Positions 44,101-54,854 of a stretch of 64,000 nt of DNA are shown one piece after another. Origin of the DNA: Anthoceros angustus (lineage: Eukaryota > Plantae > Anthocerotophyta); NCBI GenBank assembly GCA_010909165.1, contig VJWM01000151.1, positions 62,001 through 126,000 on the forward strand. The letters run 5' to 3'. The position numbers and the translations under genes are program-made. The notes under the pieces were generated by a model. The model made no database searches. It saw only the letters and a list, made by a program, of their open reading frames with translations, and was not told the origin of the DNA. Each line of letters opens with the position of its first letter. Within the stretch, counting starts at the first letter, position 1.

Positions 44101-47100
44101 CCGCCACACACCATCCAAGAAAAACACATAGCTTGATTAGAGAAAGCTCTAAGGAAAAGAAATGGCTGCTCAACAGACTTCATCTAGCATAAATACACGT
44201 GGTGACAAGAGGAGGTTTAACGGGTCCGAAAATACCAATGATAATAGGAAAACGCGTTACCACGGAAAAAGATTCAACGACCAAGTTCAAAAGGAAATCG
44301 AGATTCACATGGTCAAGCTCCTCAACTACTTGACAAACTCGAAACCCAACTGCTTACTGCTCATCCGTTTATACTTTGAGTTCTATCCTCGCATATGTCA
44401 TTCCACAAACCTCCTCTACATCACAAGACGCGGTCCGCCACACAACAATTTTGGACATAATATCAACCATACTTCAAAATTTTACGATGGGAACGATATC
44501 AAAAATTCCAATCTTGTTCAAGGATGCCTCGGGCATATTTTGAAAATTATGGGCAAATGACTAATCACGAGGTTACCTTCTTGTAAGATCATTTGATGAG
44601 CGTAAAGAGGAGCACAAGTTACACAATCATATTCTTGAATTGGTGGAGAAAGGAATTCTTCAATTTTGAAATGGATGATCACACTTGCAAAAGGAATGTA
44701 AATGCAAGATCATATTCATTAATTTATTTTAGCAGTGATATATTCATTTTATTCTCTTTCCTACTTCATGTTTTGAAATGTTTGCAAACCATCATTATGT
44801 TACCGAGATCATTTAACTCACACTGCTTTCGTTTTCTCGTCCACCTTCAGAATCGCAATTTACAAAGCACGGATCTCCATCGTAACACGGCCCCTAGAAG
44901 ATCTAAATCGCCTTTGCTTCAATCGACAAATGTTGCACAAAATGTTGCACTGATCCGGGAAGGCACGCCATTCAACGCGCTCTCCTTAAGATATGGGCTA
45001 TTGAGCTCCAAGAAGTCTCGAGGCGCGAGTGGATGCCTGAGCTGAATTTTTGGGGCTCGTCTTGAAATACTTGGGAAAGATGGTGCGGATGAGAAACACC
45101 AAGGCAGCGGAGCACAACCCGTGATTTTGGTACAAGCGAGAGTCTACCATGCCAATTTTTCACAACGCTTGGATCTATTGGGTGTCGTTTCTAGTTGCGT
45201 CTTCTAGAAGCCTCGATAACCGCTCCATAATGAAATCTTGGTAAGTAGCTTCTAGACAAGGTTTTAGTATAGTTAATTAGCAATATTCTAGGAAAGTGAT
45301 AAAATAGAAATAGTGATAATATAGAAGAAAATAGAAAGAGTGATAATATAGAAGCGCCATGGGTGCCCTAGTCTATATATGTCCTATATACTCACACATA
45401 TATTATGTATCTTGTGTTGGGTTTTCTATGTTATCTTAGGTTATAATTATTCTAAAGTAGGTATTTGTTTTCATATCTTTGTGTTTGGCCTCTAAAGTTG
45501 TCTGTGCACCTTGTGAACACGAAACGGTGGTACAAGAATAACCGAGGCGTTAAAGAATTTTACGATGGGAACGATATCAAATCGTCACACACCATCCAAG
45601 AAAAACACATAGCTTGATTAGAGAAAGCTCTAAGGAAAAGAAATGGCTGCTCAACAGACTTCATCTAGCATAAATACACGTGGTGACAAGAGGAGGTTTA
45701 ACGGGTCCGAAAATACCAATGATAATAGGAAAACGTTACCACGTAAAAGATTCAACGACCAAGTTCAAAAGGAAATCGAGATTCACATGGTCAAGCTCCT
45801 CAACTACTTGACAAACTCGAAACCCCAACTGCTTACTGCTCATCCGTTTATACTTTGAGTTCTATCCTCGCATATGTCATTCCACAAACCTCCTCTACAT
45901 CACAAGACGCGGTCCGCCACACAACAATTTTGGACATAATATCAACCATACTTCAAAATTTTACGATGGGAACGATATCAAAATTCCAATCTTGTTCAAG
46001 GATGCCTCGGGCATATTTTGAAAATTATGGGCAAATGACTAATACGAGGGTCTCATCACCTACTTCGTGTTGGATCCAACCATGTTCAAGGATATCCACG
46101 TGCACATGTTCAAGGTCATGCGAAAATGATTAATACTACTAGGGCTGCATTTTATGATCACGAACAATATTCAAACTCAATCATGTTCAAGGATGCCCTC
46201 CGGCATATTATGAAGATGATGTTAAAATGACTAATACTAGGGTCCCATCACCTAGTTCTCGTGTTGGATTTGATCGTGGTCAAGGATATCCTCGCACATA
46301 TCCAAGGTTATGTGGAAATGACTAATACTACGGTCTCGCCACCGTGTTTTCCGAGGCGGATGATGTAGGGATTACTAGAAGCCATACGGAAAATAAAGAC
46401 TACAAGAAAATAGTATGGTATTTGCGCCAACAGCCCGTCCTTATGCGGAAAAAGCTGCTAGCATGCAATCATTATGTTACCGAGATCATTTAACTCACAC
46501 TGCTCATCCGCTTTATACTTTGAGTTCTATCCTCGCATATGTCATTCCACAAACCTCCTCTACATCACAAGACGCACGGATCTCCATCGTAACACGGCCC
46601 CTAGAAGATCTAAATCGCCTTTGCTTCAATCGACAAATGTTGCACTTGATCCGGGAAGGCCCGCCATTCAACGCGCCTCCTTAAGATATGGGCTATTGAG
46701 CTCCAAGAAGTCTCGAGGCGCGAGTGGATGCCTCGAGCCGATGAATTTTTGGGGCTCGTCTTGAAATACTTGGGAAAGATGGTGCGGATGAGAAACACCA
46801 AGGCAGCGGAGCACAACCCGTGATTTTGGTACAAGCCGAGAGTCTACCATGCCAATTTTTCACAACGCTTGGATCTATTGGGTGTCGTTTCTAGTTGCGT
46901 CTTCTAGAAGCCCTGATCCATAATGAAATCTGGTAAGTAGCTTCTAGACAAGGTTTTAGTATAGTTAATTAGCAATATTCTAGGAAAGTGATAAAATAGA
47001 AATAGTGATAATATAGAAGAAAATAGAAAGAGTGATAATATAGAAGTCGCCATGGGTGCCCTAGTCTATATATGTCCTATATACTCACATATATTATGTA

Positions 47101-47324
47101 TCTTGTGTTGGGTTTTCTATGTTATCTTAGGTTATAATTATTCTAAAGTAGGTATTTGTTTTCATATCTTTGTGTTTGGCCTCTAAAGTTGTCTGTGCAC
47201 CTTGTGAACACGAAGCAGTGGTACAAGAATAACCGAGGCGTTAAAGAATTTTACAGATTAAAATCGTCACACACCATCCAAGAAAAACACATAGCTTGAT
47301 TAGAGAAAGCTCTAAGGAAAAGAA

Positions 47325-48941
47325 ATGGCTGCTCAACAGACTTCATCTAGCATAAATACACGTGGTGACAAGAGGAGGTTTAACGGGTCCGAAAATACCA
47401 ATGATAATAGGAAAACGTTACCACGTAAAAGATTCAACGACCAAGTTCAAAAGGAAATCGAGATTCACATGGTCAAGCTCCTCAACTACTTCAAAGAAAC
47501 TCGAAACCCCAACTGCTTACTGCTCATCCGCTTATACTTTGAGTTCTATCCTGTATGTCATTCCACAAACCTCCTCTACATCACAAGACGCGGTCCGCCA
47601 CACAACAATTTTGGACATAATATCAACCATACTTCAAAATTTTACGATGGGAACGATATCAAAATTCCAATCTTGTTCAAGGATGCCCTCGGGCATATTT
47701 TGAAAATTATGGGCAAATGACTAATACGAGGGTCTCATCACCTACTTCTCGTGTTGGATCCAACCATGTTCAAGGATATCCACGTGCACATGTTCAAGGT
47801 CATGCGAAAATGATTAATACTACTAGGGCTGCATTTTATGATGCGAACAATATTCAAACTCAATCATGTTCAAGGATGCCCTCCGCATATTATGAAGATG
47901 ATGTTAAAATGACTAATACTAGGGTCCCATCACCTAGTTCTCGTGTTGGATTTGATCGTGGTCAAGGATATCCTCCGCACATATCCAAGGTTATGTGGAA
48001 ATGACTAATACTACGGTCGCCACCGTGTTTTCCGAGGCGGATGATGTAGGGATTACTAGAAGCCATACGGAAAATAAAGACTACAAGAAAATAGTATGGT
48101 ATTTGCGCCAACAGCCCGTCCTTATGCGGAAAAAGCTGCTAGCATGCAATCATTGTACGTCGTGAAATGCTTCAATTGATGGAAACAATTACGACAACAA
48201 CATAGCTGGAAAAAGCGAGATACTACGTGCGAAATAGCCGATGAATTGGCTCAAGCTGCGTCAAAGTGTCCCATCAATTATTTCCAAACTAGGCAATGCT
48301 ACACCTATAATTTTAATGAGATCAAGGCCTCATTTGATCGCAAAAGCGAAGAGGAAAAATTGGAAAAATGGAAAGTGCTTGCATATGGACTTCAAGTACG
48401 AATGGAACAATTTCTTGCAATAAGCAATTTACCTAAGCCAAGTCCTTCATATGACAACAACTGGATCAACATCGACATTATGTGAAAGAAATACGAAATT
48501 GGATGGATAGATCAAATGTTATTGCACAAGACGATGTCCCACAAAATGTTGCCCCACAAGAAACTACAATAAAAGAAGGAGTATAAATCAAGATTTATGT
48601 GAAAACAATGTCGACCACACTCCAAAATTTTATGATAGGAAGCCTGGATATAAAAACCCCAATCATATTGAAGGATGCCCTCGGCATATGTTGAAAGTTA
48701 TGCGAAAATTCTAATACAAGGGTCCCATCACCTAGTTCCGTGTTGGATCCAATCATGGTCAAGAGTATCCTCCGAAAGGTTATTCAAAATTCTAATACAA
48801 GGGTCACTAATACAAACACGAAAAGCAATATGGTAATGGTAACAACCCGTCCTTCTCTAGAAAATCCTAGTACCATGCAACCATTGCATGACGCAGAAAA
48901 ATAAAATGCTTCAATTCATGAAAACAATGAGGACAACATAG
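47325..48941 (+). pseudogene. Last copy of the array orphan ORF (frameshifted)
   Basis: ORF track 47325-47720, 47717-48004 and 48246-48485; same terminal stop. Confidence 0.5.
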
Positions 48942-50179
48942 GAGAAATAATGAGACAATGCTTGCTGAAACAGCTAATGAAATGGCGAAAATGTGTCAAA
49001 CTGTCCCATCAATCATTTCCAAATAAGAGAAAGCTACACCATTAATCTATCTTTAATGCAATCGATTGCCTCATTTGACCAAAAGCGAAGAGGAGAATTT
49101 GGGAAAATGAAAAGTGCTTGGATATAGACGTCAAATCTGAAGAAACAATTTCTTGCACTAAGAAGTTTACTTAAGCCAAGTCCTTCATGTGACAACAAAA
49201 TTGGATCAACAACAACATTACGTGAAAACAAATATAAAATTTGATAGATAAATCAATGTGATTGCACAAGACGATGTCTCACAAAATGTTGCCGCACACG
49301 GCTTATGATAAAAGGACGAGTAAAAATCACAATCTACATGAAAATTAGGGCCCATATCAAAATTTAGTAATTCCTTCTAGTGCTATGCTATTTGAGAACA
49401 ATCTTATTTTCATAGTAACCTTTAAATATGATTAGTTAGATGTTATTAATCAATCCTTGGCCTTTGAAAATCGGACCTTCTATAATGTCTTTGATTGACC
49501 CTACCATATGTCAAGATTTAAACCAAAATACAAATCAAAATTTATCCTTGGCCTTTGAAAAGTAGTCTTCTTTGATTTTGAGTCCTTGGTCTTTGAATCT
49601 CTACTACGGACGACTATAAATGTGCCACCACACTAATTAGTTATCAAACAAGCTCAACCTTTTGGCGACCCTTGGTGCATTTCACCGAGTAGCTAGTGAC
49701 TTTTCAAGCGTGAAGTTACAACATTTTGTTTTGGTGACAATGGTGTCTGTGAAAAGGTTTTTGAAGAATTTGATGAGGAAATCAAGCCCGATTTCCGAAG
49801 AGGATTCATCGCAATTGTTTCAGCCGTTAGTATCTGTGGCGCGACTTTCGAGCGCGCACAATCCCGTGTCGTTGTAGTAAGAAGTCCGTTCCCGAGAGAA
49901 CGATAAGCTCGTTTTGCGCTGCTTAGATCCTTACTTTGCGTCCGCTCAACTTTCACACACGCAATCGTCATTTTGCGTCTAACTACTCATAACGTTCACC
50001 GAACAGGCCCGGTGTGGCCAAACGTTTAAGGACCCGTTTGCGTCCGTATCGTTTCTGCACGTCACTCACCCTTTTAGTCCGTTCCTCTCATCACTCCCAC
50101 TCCACTCATCAACCTTGGAAAAGAACGCAAGTGGCTACACAGTCCGGACCTCCTCCGTTGCTCAACCGGGCCTCTCCGT

Positions 50180-50237
50180 CCGGCTCAGACGCCTCCGAGT
50201 TCCTCCGGCTCAGACGCCTCCGAGTTCCTCCGGCTCA
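50180..50237. repeat. 25-bp tandem repeat, ~2.3 copies
   Basis: CCGGCTCAGACGCCTCCGAGTTCCT x2 + CCGGCTCA. Confidence 0.9.
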
Positions 50238-50823
50238 CGCGGGCGGGTCCCCGATCGCTCTTCCACACACCACCACACGTTAGGGTCCGTCACGGGACCT
50301 TGATCGATCTCTTGGGGCCGTGCACCTTTCGATGACTCGGGACTCACGTTAGAAGACACACAAGGTGCAAGCGGCATCAACACCAAGAGAAGATGATTTA
50401 TTCAGCCTCGGCCCTCTTATACTACGCCCAAGTCGGCGTCTTTATTACACCCTATTACGTGGTGGCCATTTCGATGCATGTCGGCCTACCATCCTATTCC
50501 TCCTCCTATCTCCCTTGTGGGCACAGGAAGGTCACAGGTTCCGCCTCGGATTGGTGGTCCAATCTCCCGTCGGTTCTGGCGCGCAATCGGATGATCCGCG
50601 AGGCGGACCCCTTCCTCTTCCGGAATCACATCGGGTTGGGCTACCGTGGCGGTCGGCCGTTACCACAACGTCGTCCCCACAGCCCCGGTGGGTCCCTCCT
50701 AGGGGCCACTGCTCCCCGGCGTAAGTCGGAGGGACTCCTCCTTGCTTCCCGAGTCCGGACCTCGAGGTCGGTCTCGACTCGTCTGAACTTGAGTCGCCTT
50801 ATTCCGAGTCTGCTGGGTCGGTC

Positions 50824-53800
50824 TCATCTCGGGGTTCGGACCTCGTCGGGCTTATCGTCGGTCCCAAGCTCCGGACCCCTTCCTCTTCCCGAGTCCGGAC
50901 CCCTTACTGCTAGGTCCTCATCCCTTCCCACCGACCCTTGTCTTGGGTCGGGTTGGCTTCCTCCTTCCGCCCCTTCAGGGCCTCTATCTTCCCGAGCAGG
51001 TTGCAGCGGACTTACCCTGGGATTCGTTGTATTGGCCGCGTCCTGCTCCTCCTGAGGCTCTTCTCCCCCGCTACCGTCGTCTCCAAACAGGGCCACTAGG
51101 GTCCCCGTGCTGTCCCCATGCCCTTCATCCCTTCTCGAGCCTCCGGGTCCGTCATGTGTGGCGGGCGGGCTTCAATGCCTTAAGGAGCTCGGCGTGGTAG
51201 TAGGCAAAATCCGAGTCAATTTCTTTGGATTGCCTCTTCCACATGTGCCCGAGCACCCGATACTCCTTCGCCATTGGTGCTCGGGAGGCGTCTTTGTCGA
51301 CTTCTTGGACCATCCTCCCGCCAGTTCGTTAGCCGGAGCCGGGCCGAATCTCGTGAGGCCACAAGGGCTGCCTCGGTCACCTCACCGCCTTGTTGTTGCT
51401 CACTTTGCTCCGGCTCCGTCGTTTCGCTCTGCCACTTACGCCATAGCGCGGCGCTCCCTTCCGCCTTCCTCCTCCGGACCCGGCTTCTTTTGCGTCCGGT
51501 GCTCTCGCTCCCGTTTATTAGTTAGCTCCGCCATCTCCCTCTCCAGCGGTGGGCAACCTCTGCGGTGCGGCTTCGAGTCCTTCTCCATTTCGGCGTCACG
51601 CTCCTGTTCCATCGCCTCCTCCGCCTCCTCCGTCCATGGTGGAGCGCTCTATTTCTCGTTCGTGATCGAGATCACGCCCTGATACCATTCCTCTCAATGG
51701 TAACTTGGGCTGACTCGAGTCTCCTTGCGGTCTTCCATCTCTGCCTGTTGCTCCACCTCGCAGTGGAGATCCTCCATCTCCTTGCCCCTTCCTTCTCCTC
51801 GGCATGGCTAGCACTTTGCTCCGCCTCCTGCTCCTTCTTGAGTTAGCGGCTATCCCTCGTCTCCCTCCACGGTTCGATCACGCCGATAGTGATCGCGGTC
51901 GATCTTCTTAGACGCCTCCCTCGCCTTCACAGGCCCTTGTCTTGGGTCGGGTTGGTTTCCTCCTTCCGCCTCGCCAGTCACGAGCCTTCTCGCTTGGGCC
52001 TCCTCGCCTCTGCTGCGCTACTCCTCTCACTGCAGGTCTTCACCTGCTTGGGCCTCCACAGCCACCTTGTTGCTCACCCGGTGAAGGAATTTAGTCAGTC
52101 TGTCGAATGGACGGACTTCCTCTCGGCCTCCTGCGTTTCCCTTCTTGATGCGGCCGAGAGCTTCGCCTTCCTCCTCGCCTCTGGGCCGCCTCCAAGCTGC
52201 TCTGGAGGAGCACCATCGCCTCTGGTGGCTTCTACTCGGGTCTTCTCGGCCTCCTCGCCACCGTGAGACCCCAAAACATCTGATCCATAACGGTGGCAGG
52301 ACCGTGTCTCTTCCACGGCCGCCACCGTGAGACCCCAAAAGTCCGTAGTGGGAGGCGGGCATCTCACGGTCCGCCAAGGACCTCCATACCGCAGCCCCGA
52401 GTAAGTCCGACTGGTTCTCCGGACCTAATCGGGCCCCTTAGGTCACGATTGCGAGTCGAGCTTCACCTCCTTGGCCCTCTTGGCCGCCAATTCCTTATTG
52501 CCCTCTTCGTCACAGGGCTCGGAGGGTGAGGGGGTTCGGGGCCTTGCCTCTCCCGGTCAGCAGGGGCAGCTCAGTGGGGTTCTTGCGGTCTTCCATCTCC
52601 TCTCCGCCCGCCTCCTGCTCCTTGGGCGGCGTCCTTCGCTCTTCTTCGCCTCTTGACCTCTTGCCACTCCGTGGCGGGGAGCCTGAGCACGCACAGGAGT
52701 CTGCGTTAGCGGATGGCACCGTCTTCCGCCTCTTGATTGCCGGAGTCGTCGGGGCTCCTCTCCGCAGCCTTTTGGGTGCCATCGCCTCCTTGGCCCTAGG
52801 GGTCGGGCCTCCTCAGCGCCTTGCCCGCCTCCTCCGGAGGAGCACCAAGAGGAGGAAGCGGGGATATCTTCCCACACTTCCCTAGGTGGTGAGGGGTCCG
52901 CCTGCACGTATGGAGTCGGTATCCCTTCGATCGTCCTCCTCCGGACCCGTTTGGCCCTAGGGGTCGGGCCTCCTCAGGCGCCTTGCAGCTCACTTACAGT
53001 AGGGCCGCCAACCCTTCCGAGCGCCCGCCGATCTCCCCATCCTTGAGGCTCGTAATGTCCCCATACATGGATCGGGTATGGGGATAGTCCGACGGCGAGG
53101 GCTTCTCGCTCCTCGACTTGGGCCTCTGGCTGACGGGCGAAGATGATCCTTCCCCCCGCCTCTTGACCTCTTGCCCTGCGCATGCAGAACACCAAGAATT
53201 ATCACCAAGGTGATCCACCTTGGTGAGCAAGTTCGATGGACAATGATCCGGCCGCCTCCTCGCCTCCGGCCATGGCCCAAAGCAGTCCGATATCAACCAG
53301 CCGCTGGTTGTCCGCCGCCTTGCCCGCCTCGCCTCCTCAGGCGCCTTGCGCTCTATCTTTCCCTCGCCTTGAGGCTGCGGGACTCGCCCCATCTTCCTCC
53401 TTTGGGCGGTTGTAGGCCGCCTCGGGACCTCAAGGTCCATCGCACAGGATCCTCCCGGAGGTTCTTGGACCGAACCTCTTGTTGGCCGCTAACATCTTCC
53501 CGGCGAACTCCGGACGAGTGACAACATCCAAGCGTCCGACTGGAACACGTCTAAGTGCCACTCCTCGACTAATCCTCCGCTTCCTCCGGCCATGGCCCAA
53601 AGTCCGGATAGCCGGTCACAATGTTGCGCTCTACCGGGTTCCATGGCTCCTGCACTCCGCAGCCTTTTGGGTGCCATCGCCTTCTTCTCCTTTCTGTGGC
53701 GCGCTTGCAGGAACCGTGGCACGATCGCCCTCTTCGCCTCCTCAGCGCCTTGCCCGCCTCCAACCTCAGCGAGCAGCGCGCGAATGCTGGCGTTCAAAGA

Positions 53801-54413
53801 GATAGCGCCAGAGAGCCGGGTTGCGGAGGCGAAGAGGTGTCTCGAGGTCGCAGAAATGACCCTCCTCGTCGGCGCCGGGTTGGAAATAACTGTTGGGCGG
53901 GAAGGTGCCTCTTCCTCGTCTGTGAATCGCGAGGTCCGCATGGCTTACTCGACCTTCTGCCGCGCATACTCGGCCTTCTGTTTCGCACTATCCGCGGGCG
54001 TGAATACTGCCTGCGCGGCCCTGGCGAAAATTCACGGTCACAATGTTGCGCCTACTGTGTTCCATGGCTCCTGCACTCCGCAGCCTTTTGGGTGCCATCG
54101 CCTTCTTCTCCTTCGTCAGAGCCGCTGTCGAGACCGCTGGCACGATCGCCCTCTTGGCCGCCACGCCTCCAACCTCAACGGTGAGCACGCCAAGATGCCC
54201 GAGCTGCTCAAAGAGATAGCGCCAGAGCCGGGTTGCGGAGCGAAGAGACCGAGAATTGTCTCGAGGTCGCATGCAGAAATGACCTCCTCGCTTGGCCGCG
54301 CTGCTGGAAGTAACTACCGGGCGGAAGGTGCCTCTTCCTCGTCTGTGAATCGCCAGAGGTCCGCATGGCTTACTCGACCTTACGCCGCCTGTGATACTCG
54401 CCTTACGCCGCAC
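50824..54413 (-). pseudogene. Decayed GC-rich ORF(s) encoding a charged, low-complexity/coiled-coil repetitive protein inside the putative LTR
   Basis: The plus strand is dominated by CCTCCTC/CTTC runs, which are E/K/R/G codons on the minus strand. Fragments include MRTSRFTDEEEAPSRP..., KEKKAMAPKRLRSAGAME (twice), MAPKRLRRGAPTTPAIKRRKT, WKRQSKEIDSDFAYYHAELLKALKP and ALFGDDGSGGEEPQEEQD. Many frameshifts; no gag, RT or RNaseH motif recognised. Confidence 0.4.
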
Positions 54414-54433
54414 TATCCGCGGGCGTGAATACT
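53613..54433. repeat. Diverged ~420-bp tandem duplication
   Basis: 53613-54008 and 54035-54433 both run from CGGTCACAATGTTGCG...TTCCATGGCTCCTGCACTCCGCAGCCTTTTGGGTGCCATCGCC to ...CTATCCGCGGGCGTGAATACT. Confidence 0.9.
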
Positions 54434-54795
54434 TGCTTATAACGGCCTCGCAAGGTTACCCGGCTCACGTGCATGCCCGACCTCCACTCGGGCCGTCACG
54501 TGGCGCCGCTTAGTCATCCTCACGACTCAACTTCCAAATTACCTTCTCGGCGTGCTTATCTGTTTTGACCGGGTGGGGTCCGGACTTATCCAGATTACCC
54601 GGTCGTGATCGGAGCTCGTCATAGTGGGTACCGGGGTCCGTTACCCACTCCGGAGTCCGGAGTATACTCCGGAGCTCAGTCCGGAGCACCATCCGTACTT
54701 ATTCCTCCCTTTCCGCCTTATTTTACTACTCGAACCTACGAAAAAAACAAAACCCCACTTATTTCCTAACCCCCAAGGGAAGTCCATAGCCCACA

Positions 54796-54811
54796 TACTC
54801 CCCTTCTCATC
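54796..54811 (-). promoter_or_regulatory. Putative polypurine tract (PPT)
   Basis: Minus strand reads GATGAGAAGGGGAG-TA-TGTGGGC: purine run, 2-nt spacer, then TG, which is the canonical PPT/3'-LTR junction geometry. Confidence 0.55.
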
Positions 54812-54854
54812 TGTTGGCGTCTCTGCCAACACTAGCACTACAAGAATCGCAGGT

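Larger units (their letters stand above)
1..49834 (+). repeat. Head-to-tail macrosatellite of a ~3.9 kb unit, running off the left edge of the window, with many rearranged copies
   Basis: The landmark GGAAAAGAAATGGCTGCTCAA recurs with its ATG at 4480, 6239, 10164, 15270, 19166, 21087, 25707, 27141, 33303, 37395, 39462, 44162, 45643 and 47325. The least rearranged spacings are 3896 (15270-19166) and 3925 (6239-10164); the others range from 1434 to 6162 because of internal deletions and duplications. The same peptides recur throughout the ORF track. The array stops abruptly at ...GCCGTTAGTATC (49834). Confidence 0.97.
49835..54795 (-). mobile_element. Putative very large (4,961 bp) 3' LTR of a minus-strand LTR retrotransposon, inserted at or truncating the array
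   Basis: Composition switches sharply from AT-rich to GC-rich exactly at TGTGGCGCG (49835), interrupting the monomer after GTTAGTATC. The other end is TAGCCCACA (54795), giving TGTGG...CCACA inverted termini. A minus-strand purine tract lies directly outside 54795. The flanks GTATC and TACTC are not a TSD, so this is not a solo LTR. No second LTR copy is in the window. Confidence 0.55.

Noticed and set aside
1-49834. Array as rDNA, 5S or tRNA tandem repeat, or as a viral/plasmid concatemer
   Set aside because: No rRNA or tRNA sequence and no Rep, RT, capsid or polymerase motif was recognised in the monomer.
50014-54428. Long plus-strand ORFs (e.g. 50393-51055, 51107-51682, 53592-54428)
   Set aside because: They are S/P/L/R-rich shadow frames of GC-rich DNA; the coding-like bias is on the minus strand.
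54501-54510. TGGCGCCG as a plus-strand primer-binding site
   Set aside because: It is not preceded by a convincing LTR end, conflicts with the minus-strand PPT and ORF polarity, and is part of a CACGTGGC motif.
49830-54800. Solo LTR with target-site duplication
   Set aside because: The flanks GTATC and TACTC differ, and the array sequence does not resume on the right.
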